Assembly (NCBI RefSeq): GCF_964188315.1
Contig: NC_135656.1
Coordinates: 106,702,001-106,766,000 of the forward strand
Length of the DNA stretch: 64,000 nucleotides
Reading direction: 5' to 3'
DNA from: Podarcis muralis
Lineage: Eukaryota
The notes below the pieces were generated by a model, which did not search any database, was not told where the DNA came from, and saw only the letters and a program-made list of their open reading frames with translations. Positions within the stretch are counted from its first letter, which is position 1. Each line of letters begins with the position of its first letter. Of the stretch, positions 34,679 to 47,627 are shown piece by piece. The position numbers were made by a program, and so were the translations under genes.

Positions 34679-34724
<46 letters not shown>

Positions 34725-34910
34725 TTTTTTATTTATACCCCACCCTCCCCAGCCAAGGCTGGGCTCAGGGTGGCTAACAAGCAATAATAAAAACAAGTTG
34801 AATGAATACAACTTAAAAACAAGATTAAAATACAACAATTAAAATATTGAAACATTAAAATATTAAAATGCAGCCTCATCACAGGAGGACAAAGGAAAAA
34901 GAAAAAAGAA
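34678..34910 (-). mobile_element. L2-type LINE 3' end with (TTA)n tail
   Basis: tttataccccaccctccccagccaaggctgggctcagggtggctaaca next to (AAT)n; similar in style to the tail at 53042. Confidence 0.6.
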
Positions 34911-34911
34911 A

Positions 34912-35125
34912 GATACTGAAGTCCAACAAGAAGAAACTCTGTCCACGATGTTTTATTCTCACCCCCCATTCCTTCTTCATTTGTCCGGATTTTAGCTGAA
35001 TAAGATACAAGGAGAGAAAAGCTGGGGATAGAAGTCACATAGTACTTTGAGAGAATTTTAGGTAAACAACCATTAATATTGTAACTAGGGTGGGTGGGAA
35101 CCCAGGATTTCTAAATAAATTATGT
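34912..35125 (-). pseudogene. Orphan OR 5' fragment: 19 codons plus about 155 bp of upstream sequence, OR5-like
   Basis: Encodes MGGENKTSWTEFLLVGLQY; flank almost identical to 30286-30440; homology ends abruptly at both sides. Confidence 0.9.
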
Positions 35126-35203
35126 TATAAATTATAGCACGCAATATAGCCGTTGGCAGCTGCGGCAGCAACCAATCAAATGTCCACCCTACGGACCACC
35201 CAT

Positions 35204-37979
35204 CATAGCTGTCAACTTTTTCCTTTTCTTGTGAGGAATCCTATTCATAGAATCATAGAATCATAGAATCATAGAGTTGGAAGAGACCACAAGGGCCATC
35301 GAGTCCAACCCCCTGCCAAGCAGGAAACACCATCAGAGCACTCCTGACATATGGCTGTCAAGCCTCTGCTTAAAGACCTCCAAAGAAGGAGACTCCACCA
35401 CACTCCTTGGCAGCAAATTCCACTGTCGAACAGCTCTTACTGTCAGGAAGTTCTTCCTAATGTTTAGGTGGAATCTTCTTTCTTGTAGTTTGGATCCATT
35501 GCTCCGTGTCCGCTTCTCTGGAGCAGCAGAAAACAACCTTTCTCCCTCCTCTATGTGACATCCTTTTATATATTTGAACATGGCTATCATATCACCCCTT
35601 GACCTCCTCTTCTCCAGGCTAAACATGCCCAGCTCCCTTAGCCGTTCCTCATAAGGCATCGTTTCCAGACCTTTGACCATTTTGGTTGCCCTCCTCTGGA
35701 CACGTTCCAGTTTGTCAGTGTCCTTCTTGAACTGTGGTGCCCAGAACTGGACACAGTACTCCAGGTGAGGTCTGACCAGAGCAGAATACAGTGGCACTAT
35801 TACTTCCCTTGATCTAGATGCTATACTCCTATTGATGCAGCCCAGAATTGCATTGGCTTTTTTAGCTGCCGCGTCACACTGTTGGCTCATGTCAAGTTTG
35901 TGGTCAACCAAGACTCCTAGATCCTTTTCACATGTACTGCTCTCAAGCCAGGTGTCACCCATCTTGTATTTGTGCCTCTCATTTTTTTTGCCCAAGTGCA
36001 ATACTTTACATTTCTCCCTGTTAAAATTCATCTTGTTTGTTTTGGCCCAGTTCTCTAATCTGTCAAGGTCGTTTTGAAGTGTGATCCTGTCCTCTGGGGT
36101 GTTAGCCACCCCTCCCAGTTTGGTGTCATCTGCAAATTTGATCAGGATGCCCTTGAGTCCATCATCCAAGTCGTTGATAAAGATGTTGAATAAGACCGGG
36201 CCCAAGACAGAACCCTGTGGCACCCCACTAGTCACTCTTCTCCAGGATGAAGAGGAACCATTGATGAGCACCCTTTGGGTTCGGTCAGTCAGCCAGTTAC
36301 AAATCCACTGAGTGGTAGCATAGTCAAGACCACATTTTACCAGCTTCTTTACAAGAATATCATGGGGCACCTTGTCAAATGCCTTGCTGAAATCAAGGTA
36401 GGCTACATCCACTGCGTTCCCTTCATCTACCAGGGTTGTAATTCTGTCAAAAAACGAGATCAGGTTAGTCTGACATGACTTATTTTTCAGAAATCCATGC
36501 TGACTATTGGTGATCACAGCATTCCTTTCTAGGTGCTCACAGACTGTTTGCTTAATGATCTGCTCCAGAATCTTCCCTGGTATTGATGTCAGACTGACTG
36601 GGCGGTAATTATTTGGGTCCTCTCTTTTCCCCTTTTTGAAAATAGGTACAACATTTGCCCTCCTCCAGTCTGCTGGGACTTCGCCTGTTCTCCAGGAATT
36701 CTCAAAGATGACTGCCAGTGGTTCTGAGATCACATCTGCCAGTTCTTTTAATACTCTTGGATGCAGTTCATCTGGCCCTGGAGACTTGAATACATCTAGA
36801 CTAGCCAAGTATTCTTGTACTATCTCCTTAGTTATTCTGGGCTGTGTTTCCTCTGCTGAATCATTTGCTCCAAATTCTTCAGGTCGGGCATTGTTTTCTT
36901 TATCGGAGAAGACTGAGGCAAAGAAGGCATTGAGGAGTTCAGCCCTTTCTGTGTCCCCTGTTTGCATTTCACCATCTTCTCCTCTGAGTGACCCCACTGT
37001 TTCTTTGTTCTTCCTTTTGCTACGAACATACCCATAAAAGCCTTTTTTGTTGCTTTTAACCTCTCTAGCAAGCCTGAGTTCATTCTGTGCTTTAGCTTTT
37101 CTGACTTTGTGTCTACATGTGCTGGCTATTTGTTTGAATTCCTCTTTGGTGGTTTCCCCCCTTTTCCATTTTTTGTACACATCCTTTTTTAATCTTAACT
37201 CAGTTAAAAGTTCTTTAGATAGCCACCCTGGTTTCTTTAGGCACCTTCCATGTTTCCGTCTCATTGGTATTGCCTGAAGTTGTGCTTTTACTATTTCCCT
37301 CTTAACAAACTCCCAGCCATCATGAACTCCCTTTCCTTTTAGTATTACTGTCCATGGGATCTCACCCAGCACTTCCCTAAGTTTTATGAAGTCGGCTTTC
37401 TTAAAGTCAAGAAATTGAGTCCTAGTATGCTTGGCTGCTCCTTTCCGCTGTATAGTAAACTTCAGAAGAGCATGATCACTCGTGCCTAATGATCCTTCCA
37501 CTTCTACCCCACTAACCAGGTCATCAACATTGGTTAGGACCAGATCTAAAATGGCTGTTCCTCTTGTTGCTTCTCCCACTTTCTGGACAATGAAGTTGTC
37601 TGCAAGTCCAGTGAGGAATCTGTTTCACCTTATGCTCTTGGCTGAGTTTGACATCCAACAAATATCCGGGTAATTGAAGTCCCCCATTACTACTATCTCC
37701 CTTCCTTTTGCATGCTTGGCCATCTGTTCCAGGAAGGCATCATCTATGTCCTCCGTTTGGCTTGGGGATCTATAGTAAACTCCCACAATGAGGTCTCTGT
37801 TATTCTTCTCTCCCTTAATTTTGACCCAAATGCTCTCACTTTGGCTTTGAGGTTCTAAATCTTGGATCTCTTCACAGGTATACACATCCCTGACATATAA
37901 CGCCACTCCTCCTCCTTTCTTTTCCCTTATTCAGAATAAGGGAATTTCCCTTTAAAAAAGGGAAATGTTGACAGCTATG
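35204..37979. mobile_element. Short hAT-type MITE with 13-bp TIRs and 8-bp TSD, interrupted by a CR1
   Basis: CATAGCTGTCAAC (35204-35216) and GTTGACAGCTATG (37967-37979); TSD CCACCCAT at 35196-35203 and 37980-37987. Confidence 0.9.
35247..37921 (-). mobile_element. 5'-truncated CR1 of the same young family; ORF2 has one nonsense mutation
   Basis: Near-identical to ORF2 of the full-length copy; TCA>TGA at 37625-37627, with the reading frame continuing in phase; TSD-like TATTC at 35242-35246 and 37928-37932. Confidence 0.96.
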
Positions 37980-38982
37980 CCACCCATGTATAAGACGACC
38001 CCTACTTTTTAGCATGTTTTTAAAAGAAAAAACCATAGTCTCATACACGGAAAAGTACAGTATATTTAGAGTTTGGACTCTGCTGTGGGGATAGACCTCT
38101 TTCCTTGAATGCCAGGCCATGGCTGAGAGCAGAGCTATGCCAAAGTTCAAACTCTCTTGTGTGAGTTCAAACAGGGACAAGTGCTTGGAGCAGGAATAGC
38201 CAGCAGTGAGGGGAGGCACTGCAGGCTTGGCCTCCCAGCAGCAGCATCACTGCCATGTACCAGCAGGATGGTTAGTAGGGTGGGACAGGGCGGTGGGAAG
38301 ATTGTGACAGCTTGGGCACGCCAGATTGGCTCTTCCACTTCACTCAAACTGCCCTGCTCTCAGCACTGCCATTCACCACCCCATCACTTTCCTCATAAAT
38401 AGCAGGGGTGCTGCTACTGGGAGGCCAGGGTTGCAGAACTATCTCTCACCACCAACCGCACCTGTCTTGCAGCAATGCTGCTCTTTGTTTAAGAAGCCTT
38501 TCTCTGGATTGTGACTCAGACATTTGATGGGATAATGTACATTAGGTCTGGGCCCAGCCAAAGCCGAAACCAAATAAGGGAGACCTGGACTTTGGCAGAG
38601 TCAAGCAGAAACAGCTCTGGGTTGGGCTGTCTGGAGCAATCCGGCACACTCAGGGAGCAGGGAATTGGGTGGGGAGGAAGGGAAGGAAAGCAGCCTCAGT
38701 GTGTTCCCCATGAAAGCATTTGGATACTTTTTCTTTCCAATCAAAGGATTAAAATATGTTTGGACAAACTTGCCTTTGTCGTTATTTTCTTCCAGCAAAT
38801 CTTCAAAGTCATCCCACTTGGTATTGCTGTTGAATCTGAAATTGTTTTTATGTATGTAATGGTTTTTTTAAGAGATTTTTATATGTGCAATTATTTAGCG
38901 GTTTGTACATATGAAATGGGTATATGAATGTTTTTATTGTATTGTAAAATAGCACTGAGATCCCTGATAGAAAGCAAATCAC

Positions 38983-39023
<41 letters not shown>

Positions 39024-39063
39024 CATTGTATGTAAGTTTCTAATATATTCTTTTCTTGTCCAA

Positions 39064-39999
39064 CTATTTACACAATATGCATTTTTCCAAAAGTCTCCTC
39101 AGAGCTGCTAAAACGTCCCGGTTCCTCAGGCTGTATATGAATGGGTTCAGCATGGCTGGGACAATGGTAATGAACACTGAGTTGATCATAGCCTTTTCTG
39201 CTGAATAGGAAGATACGGGTGTCATGTATGTTAAAATGGCCGAACCATAGAAGATCCCCACCACACACAAGTGGGACAAGCAAGTCCCCAGGGCCTTGTG
39301 GCTACTTCCGGAGGAGCGGGACCTCAGAACCTGAAGGAGGATGGCTGTGTAGGAAGCCAGGATGATTGAGATGGGGATGAGGAATACTAGGAATGTTCCG
39401 AGGTATATTGATTTTTCAAATGCAGAATTGTCGGAGCAAGAAAGCTTTAAAAGCGCTGTATAATCACAACCAATGTGTCTAATCACGTTGGACTTGCAGT
39501 AGGGAAGAGGCAGCACGTAGAGGGAACAGTTCAGGGCCTGCACAGAAGACCAGAACCAGGAAGCGACTGACATGATGTTGCAGATTTTGCTCCTCATGAG
39601 GACCGGATATTGGAGCGGCCTGCAGATAGCCACGTACCTGTCATAGGACATGGTTGCCAGGATGAGGCACTCTGCTCCTCCCATGACCAGCGTGACAAAA
39701 ATCTGGACGGCACATCCGTAGAGTGAAATGGTGTAGCTGTGGGTTGCGAAATCCACGGTCATTTTGGGAACGATGGAGAGAACCTGGCAGAGGTCCATGA
39801 AGGCCAGTTGGCTGAGAAAAAAGTACATTGGGGTCCGAAGGCCGGAGCTCATTTTAATTAAGAACAGGAGGAGGCTGTTTCCAAGGAGAGCGATAAGCGA
39901 CATGAAGAGGATGACACCAAGGAAAAGGGTGGGTGACTTTTGATACTGAAGTCCAACAAGAAGAAACTCCGTCCACGATGTTTTATTCTCATCCCCCAT
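39064..39999 (-). CDS. Olfactory receptor OR6, intact, 311 aa
   Basis: Full set of OR motifs; sequon NKT. Confidence 0.97.
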   Translation of the reverse strand: MGDENKTSWTEFLLVGLQYQKSPTLFLGVILFMSLIALLGNSLLLFLIKMSSGLRTPMYFFLSQLAFMDLCQVLSIVPKMTVDFATHSYTISLYGCAVQIFVTLVMGGAECLILATMSYDRYVAICRPLQYPVLMRSKICNIMSVASWFWSSVQALNCSLYVLPLPYCKSNVIRHIGCDYTALLKLSCSDNSAFEKSIYLGTFLVFLIPISIILASYTAILLQVLRSRSSGSSHKALGTCLSHLCVVGIFYGSAILTYMTPVSSYSAEKAMINSVFITIVPAMLNPFIYSLRNRDVLAALRRLLEKCILCK

Positions 40000-41215
40000 T
40001 CCTTCTTCATTTGTCTGGATTTCAGCTGAGTAAGATACAAGGAGAGAATACGTGGGGAATGGAAGTCACACTTCCCTGTGAAAAAAATTAGGTAAAGCAC
40101 CCTTAATATTATAACTGTGGAGTGGCAACATTTAAAAATAAAACATGCCGTCTTCAGTTACAAGTGGTTTGGGGGGGGTAAGCTACGCAGCTAAAACCAT
40201 CCTGTTGGAGAAATGGAGGAAAGCTGGAAAGAGAGGAAATTGATCCAGCCCAGGCTACCCCTTTCAAAGAGTTTTCCACCATAATGTTACATGCTATTTT
40301 TATTTTATTTTATTAGTTATCAGTTTTTGTTTCGATAATTTTTTGCTGTTAAAATTTTATAACACAAATAGAACAATGGAACATTACAGTATGAACGAAC
40401 CATACAGAAAATCTTAATGAGAAAAGAGGGAAAGAGATAAATAAATAGAAGAAAAAAGGGTGCAAAACACATCGTTCTCAAATCTCCACTTCTTATGTTG
40501 AAGAAATACAAGCACAAAAAAATGAGTATAAAAAGTCAACGGGGGGGGGGGGGAATAGTTTGTCTGTTTTATCTTACCATATTGTGACCTCCCACAATGG
40601 CTTAGCCAGCATAAAAACATGTCATATTAACAATAATTAAAAGGGAGAGAGTGAGGAAGTCCAGTATTGTGACACAGCTTTGAGTACTGGGTAGTCTTGG
40701 CAGCCTTGTAACCACCCAGAAGTAGCCATTTGGCTTTAAGATGGGCTTCTTGTGGAGCTCTTCACAGCACTTATTAGCAGCTGGGAGCTGGAGAAAATTG
40801 GTTATTTGGGTTTTGATGGTCTGACCTATTCACCATTCCCAAAATATAGCCATTGTGTGTGGTGGCTCAAGGATCAGGAAGAATGATGACCAAGAGCAGA
40901 TCCTGCCATTATTATTTTTTTAGCTTGACAGACTTCTTTAGCCTGACAGCTGTCTCTTCCCAATCATTTGTGCACTGCAACTTTCCCCCTTCCCCTTAGC
41001 TCTTCCTAAAACTAAGTTGCTTGTCTTCACTTGACAACATGGCCAGAGGGGAGACACAGGAAAGAAGTGAGTAAGAGAAAGGCGTGTCTTTGTGTCTCAA
41101 AACTCAAAGGTAACTCCCCAGCTAACTTTGTAAGTGAGCAATTTACAATGGTGCCAAAGTTTGAAATGGCCAATTTGCATAGATGCCAATGGCGTGAGTT
41201 GCCAGATTGAACTAT

Positions 41216-41620
41216 GTTGTTGTTGTTTAGTCATGTCCGACTCCTCGTGACCCCATGGACCAGAGCACGCCAGGCACTCCTGTCTTCCACTGCCTCCCGT
41301 AGTTTGGTCAAACTCATGCTGGTAGCTTTGAGAACACTGTCCAACCATCTCATCCTCTGTCGTCCCCTTCTCCTTGTGCCCTCCATCTTTTCCAATATCA
41401 GGGTCTTTTCCAAGGAGTCTTCTCTTCTCATGAGGTGGCCAAAGTATTGGAGCCTCAGCTTCAGGATCTGTCCTTCCAGTGAGCACTCAGGGCCGATTTC
41501 CTTCAGAATGGAGAGTTTTGATCTTCTTGCAGTCCATGGGACTCTCAAGAGTCTCCTCCAGCACCATCATTCAAAAGCATCAATTCTTCGGCGATCAGCC
41601 TTCTTGATGGTCCAGCTCTC
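41216..41620 (-). mobile_element. BovB (RTE) LINE 3' fragment
   Basis: MRVPWTARRSKLSILKEI..SLEGQILKLRLQYFGHLMRREDSLEKTL..RRRGRQRMRWLD; (CAA)n tail. Confidence 0.9.
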
Positions 41621-42192
41621 GTGGAAATCTTCTGGAAGACGGAGGGTTACCAAATGGCAACCAACAAAAGACTACTTGCTACCTCTCAGCATTGCCTAAT
41701 ACCCAGGGTTGTTGTGAACAAGACATGGGATTGAGTGGACATTTGTATTATCATTTGCCACTATTACACCGGACACTAAAGCGAGTATCAGTGGTGCTAT
41801 TTTTCTAGAAAAAGAGGTGCTGGAACTCACAACGAACACCTCCCCTGTTTTCTTACAAATGACAATGGCACCCACCTTATTGGTGCTGGAACTGATTTCC
41901 GGTGAGTTCTGGCTGAAAAGAAAAAAGCCCTGGGTATCTCACCCATAGTGCCCTGAGTTCATTGGAGAAATGGTAAACTTTTTTTTTTTTTAAAGTAACA
42001 TTCACATTACTTCAAAGGCTCTGATAAGCACACAGAGGGAACTATATATTCTGCCCAAAGTCAGTGTAGAATATGCCATAGAATTCTGTGTTTGTGTAGA
42101 TTTCTGTTCTCTGTTGAGATACATTTCTGTTTCTGGGATCTTTTTCTCACCTTGTATTTTGTAATTTGTAAACATAGGGATGCAACCATATA

Positions 42193-42402
42193 CAGTGGTA
42201 CCTCGGGTTAAGTACTTAATTCGTTCCGGAGGTCCGTTCTTAATCTGAAACTGTTCTTAACCTGAAGCACCACTTTAGCTAATGGGGCCTCCTGCTGCCG
42301 CTGCGCCGCCGGAGCACGATTTCTGTTCTCATCCTGAAGCAAAGTTCTTAACCTGAAGCAATTTTTCTGGGTTAGCAGAGTCTGTAACCTGAGGTACCAC
42401 TG
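42193..42402. mobile_element. CAGTGGTACC-family MITE
   Basis: TIRs with flanking TA. Confidence 0.88.
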
Positions 42403-43847
42403 TAATTGATACTGAAGCAAGAAAGATCCTTCGCCTCAAACAACAACCCAAGCAGATTTGCTCTTCTCAGCACCAGAATTAGGTTCACAATTTCAGGTGT
42501 GCTGGTTACACACACACACAGAGAGAGACTTGTGTTTCCCCCCTTTGGATTGTGATTGCCTGTCCCACATTCACTTGCAAAGGATTTTGTGTATGAAAAT
42601 TGATGTTATCATCAACAGATATGCCAACCACAAAAATTTGTGTTGAAAATGGAACCTATATAAATATTAAGAATCACATACCTGTGTCTAACGCATGTCT
42701 TTCTGCCAACAAGTAGAAAACCGATGTGATTTTTTTAGAAGCTGTTGGCCTTTAGATGTTCTGCTGTAAACCTTCAGCGCTCCAACCATTGATTTAATTA
42801 AATCTTGCTCATGTCCTCCACCATAAACTATTGACCATAATTCAGTTTAAAAGTGTTACAGCCTTTTTCTTGTTGCAAGCAAAAAATGATTAACAGTACA
42901 TTCTTTAGAACAGAGTTGTTACTCTGAGAGAATGGCATCTTTTTTCCTTACATTTTGAAAACCATAAATATTTTCATAACTCCAAAAGAAAAAGAGAGAG
43001 AAAGCCACAATCAATATTTAATTTTCTTGATGGCTTTTCACATCTTAAAATATTCAGAATCACAAACCCTAAATTGCTTGATTTGAGGTCAGCTAGGAAA
43101 ACAATCCAGACCTTGTGAACTATAAATAATGCTCTTTCTTGTAAAGGAACATTTTAAATTCTACGTCTCCTGCTTTATCTCTGCAAAATATTTACTTAGT
43201 CCCACAGGGTCTAGCAGTAAGAGAAAAATGTGCCTTTTATGGATCTATATTATAACCAGCATTTTCACGATCAGTATTTAAAAGCTCCAAGGAGATATAA
43301 CCACACTCCTGTATATTTGGGAATTTTGGCTCCCCAACTTATTAAGTAATACTTTGAGAAGTGGAAGCTACAAGTCAGACTTCAAACAGTACATCGCCCG
43401 CCCCACTAGATAATGAGAATCTAAAGATAGCACCATATGCTGCTTCTGCAGACACGGGTTCCTCCAAGCCAATGTCCACTAAATAACATGAATGAGGGAG
43501 CAGAAGATTCTGGGGAGAAGTACAGGCCTCCATTCAGTTCTCATTCTCCCTGTTCTTTGATGAGGTTGGCGTTCTTCTGATTGATTCCCTTTATACCTTA
43601 GGTCTCTGTAACTGTCCCTTTCTAGGTCTCCTCCTACCTGTCCAAATACCTGTCAAACTTTCCACGGGGGAGAAAGAGCAGTCTGAAGGAGTGGCTGACT
43701 CTCTCACCTGTAGCCAACATCCCAACCCAGAAGCTCTCTGGATTAGAAGGAATTTCTCAAGAGGATGGAGAAAATGCTCCTCTGTGGATATTTGAATGTA
43801 TCTGGGAGTTTGCCTTTCCATCATAATTTACTTTATGGGAACTGATG

Positions 43848-44335
43848 AGAGCCAGGGTGGTGTAGTGGTTAACAGCGGTGGACATGTAATCTGGTGAACC
43901 GGGTTCGCTTCCCTGCTCCTCCACATGCAACTGCTGGGTGACCTTGGGCTAGTCATAGGTAAAGCTACCCTTCCCCGTACGGGCCAGTCGTGTCTGACTC
44001 TAGGGTTGTGCGCTCATCTCACTTAAGAGGCCGAGAGCCAGCGCTGTCTGCAGACACTTCCGGGTCACGTGGCCAGTGTGACGAAGCTGCTCTGGCGAGC
44101 CAGCGCAGCACACGGAAATGCCGTTTACCTTCCCGCTGGAGAGCGGTCCCTATTTATCTACTTGCACTTAGGGGTGCTTTCGAACTGCTAGGTGGGCAGG
44201 AGCTGGGACCGAAGGGCGGGAGCTCACCCCACTGTGGGGATTCGAACCGCCGACCATACGATTGGCAAGTCCTAGGCACTGAGGTTTTACCCACAGCACC
44301 ACCTGCTTCCCTGGGCTAGTCATACTTCTCTGTAT
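43848..44335 (+). mobile_element. Squam3-like SINE 5' part, interrupted by a Sauria SINE
   Basis: gagagccagggtggtgtagtggttaa head, homologous to 56434. Confidence 0.75.
43958..44311 (-). mobile_element. Sauria SINE (second subfamily) with 13-bp TSD
   Basis: TGGGCTAGTCATA at 43945-43957 and 44312-44324. Confidence 0.92.
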
Positions 44336-44755
44336 ATTACATATATCACATTTGTATATTACAACCCATTCAAAACGTTTTTTTTTGCAGCTGTATAGCT
44401 GAGTCCACACAAAGTGATGGGAAGACTTTATGACTAGTGCTGCACCAAAACTTTATCCCATTTCCCCGTCTCTGAGTAGAAGCCAGCAATTAATGAGGAA
44501 AGAAATTGTATTCGAAAATCATCAAAGGAATGAGAACATTTTGCGTCAATATTCAGCAAGCTATTAGTATTAATCTTACAAACTAGGAGGTCTCAAATAA
44601 AAAGTCAGGATGCTTTAAAGACAACGACCATTTATTGTTGTTTAAGGGAATAATCCACTATCTCTAGCTGCAAGTATCCAAAATGCTCTGCGATTGCCTT
44701 CACATCACATACACACAGAGAGTGATTGAGGACTTTTGGAGACGATAAGTGAATA

Positions 44756-44997
44756 CAGTGGTACCTCAGGTTAAGTACTTAATTTGTTCCGAAGGTCCAT
44801 ACGTAACCTGAAACTGTTCTTAACCTGAAGCACCACTTTAGCTAATGGGGCCTCCTGCTGCTGCCGTGCCACTGGAGCACGATTTCTCTTCTCACCCTGG
44901 AGCAAAGTTCTTAACCCGAGGTACTGTTTCTGGGTTAGCGGAGTGTGTAACCTGAAGTGTATGTAACCTGAAGCATATGTAACCCGAGGTACCACTG
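44756..44997. mobile_element. CAGTGGTACC-family MITE
   Basis: TIRs with flanking TA. Confidence 0.9.
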
Positions 44998-45957
44998 TAT
45001 CAGAACTATGTGGATGGAACCAACTGAGTGAATTTTCTGTGTACTGTGAATGCAGTTAGCTCCACTCAAAAGGCCAAGGTCACCATGCCAAAGGCACACA
45101 TCCCAGTAGGGGACCCATTGACCAAAGAAGAATTTGCTGGATCAGGCCAATGGCCATTTTGTCCAACATCCTGTTCTCACAGTGGCTGACAATGCCAGAA
45201 ACCCCAGACCCTCCAAGTGTTGCTATTTTCCAGGGACAGTCCTGGATTTACAGAAGCCATACCTGTTTCTGATTTGATCCCTGGAATGTCCCGCTTTTCC
45301 TTCCCAATTGTTGATGTTCGGGGGCACTGAGCATCACATTGCAAGTCAAAATATTCAGGCAGGCCAAAAATATATTTTGGCTATTATATCATTAGCCAGT
45401 AGGCTGCAATCCTAAGCCTTCTTACCTGGGAGAAATACCCCAACTGAATTCAATAGGACTTAACTTCTCTGAGTTACATAGTTAGAATCACACTGTAAGG
45501 GAATAACACTCTAAGGGTTAACTTTCTAACGTTTTATTCAACTTTCAGCCTTAGGGATTACTGAAGTTGGAAAAGTTCACACCTTAGGGACTAAAGTCAG
45601 AACAAACTCATCAGCTGATGCAATTTGTAAGGACTTCACTGGCTTGAGTCCAGGGCCATATTATTTCACTTATGCCTAATGCTTGCTAATAGGAAGAAAA
45701 ATGTCCTGGATATTATTTTCCCATTTCTGGCTTGGATACTAGATAATTAAGACTTTTGCTGAGTTTTAGTGAGTGATACCAATGCCCTGGGTAAGGAAGT
45801 AATGAGAAAACTGGAGATTGTACCACAGATCTCAAAAGCTCTAGCTAGCATTTGGTGGCATGGAGGCATTGAAATTGAAATGACAAGCATTTAGGCATAT
45901 TAATGTGACATGCCCTAGTGACACATTAACCCACATGTGTATAAATCTGGATTAACA

Positions 45958-46350
45958 AGTAAAGGTAGAAGGTAAGGTAAAGGACCACTGGACGGTTAAG
46001 TCCAGTCAAAGGTGACTATGAGGTGCAGTGCTCATCTCGCTTTCAGGCCGAGGGAGCTGGCGTTTGTCCACAGACAGCTTTCCAGGTCATTTGGCCAGCA
46101 TGACTAAACCGCTTCTGGCAGAATTGAACACCGTGACGGAAACCAGAGTGCATGGAAATGCTGTTTACCTTCCCGTCACAGTGGTACCTAATTATCTACT
46201 CACACTGGTGTGCTTTCAAACTGCTAGGTTGGCAGAAGCTGGGACAGAGCAATGGGAGCTCGCCCCGTCATGGGGCTTCGAACCACCAACCTTCCGATCA
46301 GCAAGCCCAAGAGGCTCAGTGGTTTACACCACAGCACCACCCACACCCCA
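45958..46350 (-). mobile_element. Sauria SINE (third, longer subfamily)
   Basis: Reverse complement of head and core; (AAGGT)n tail. Confidence 0.8.
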
Positions 46351-46864
46351 AGTAGGCATGCTATTTCAAGATTATGTGCCCCGAGTCATGCTATGACATG
46401 GGGTTGTTGCATTGTTCCTTAATTCCTAGGGGGAATTAGCACATGATTGCTGAGTCCCTGTTTGGACAAAGTAGAAATCTGTTTAGTCTTACAAAATGCC
46501 AAAACAGCTATGCAGAGGATAAAATCTGCCAAAATGGTTACAGAAGATAAAATGGTGAGCTGGAGCTCAGTGCAACTGGAACTTTGCACATGCCCCAGAT
46601 CTCTGTGTGTTCTTTGGTTTTACTCTGAGCAAGAAGCGTGATGTGCATCACAGAGAGTCAGAGGACGCTATAGATTTAAAAAGAGTTCAGTTAGACTCTT
46701 GTGTTTCTGAAGGACTGGCTGCTGTAGAAAGGGACTTTACCTGCAGTGAAATAGCTGTATTGATCCCTTGAACTGCTGCATCATTCTAATACAAGTCAAC
46801 ACCCTTAATCAACCTGAATTAGACCCTGTGAGTTGCCTTACTGCTTCAGCCCTTCTCTTTCTAT

Positions 46865-47357
46865 CATAGAATCATAGAGTTGGAAGAGACCACAAGGGCC
46901 ATCGAGTCCAACCCCCTGCCAAGCAGGAAACACCATCAGAGCACTCCTGACATATGGTTGTCAAGCCTCTGCTTAAAGACCTCCAAAGAAGGAGACTCCA
47001 CCACACTCCTTGGCAGCAAATTCCACTGTCGAACAGCTCTTACTGTCAGGAAGTTCTTCCTAATGTTTAGGTGGAATCTTCTTTCTTGTAGTTTGGATCC
47101 ATTGCTCCGTGTCCGCTTCTCTGGAGCAGCAGAAAAAAACCTTTCTCCCTCCTCTATATGACATCCTTTTATATATTTGAACATGGCTATCATATCACCC
47201 CTTAACCTCCTCTTCTCCAGGCTAAACATGCCCAGCTCCCTTAGCCGTTCCTCATAAGGCATCGTTTCCAGACCTTTGACCATTTTGGTTGCCCTCCTCT
47301 GGACACGTTCCAGTTTGTCAGTGTCCTTCTTGAACTGTGGTGCCCAGAACTGTGGTG
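46865..47357 (-). mobile_element. 5'-truncated CR1 3' end with 10-bp TSD
   Basis: CTCTTTCTAT at 46855-46864 and 47358-47367; encodes the ORF2 C-terminus. Confidence 0.95.
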
Positions 47358-47627
47358 CTCTTTCTATGTTTCCATCTTCCAGATTTTGCTGTCTTTCTGC
47401 CCACATACATTCATTTTATTTGTTTCATTTATTTATTGCATTTATACCCCAACTTTTATCCAGGGAGTTCAAGGTAGTGGACATGATTCTCTCCCTCCAC
47501 CAATTTTATCCTCACAGCAACACTATGAGGTAAGTTAAGCTGAGAGACAGTGGCTGACCATAGGTAACCCAGTGAGCTTCATGGCTGAGTGGGAATTCCA
47601 ACCCTCAAAGTCCAACACACTAACCAT

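Larger units (their letters stand above)
34429..38060. mobile_element. Tc1/mariner-type MITE split by nested insertions
   Basis: TA|CCGTACTTTTCC at the left end and GGAAAAGTACAG|TA at the right end; that both halves belong to one copy is inferred. Confidence 0.65.
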
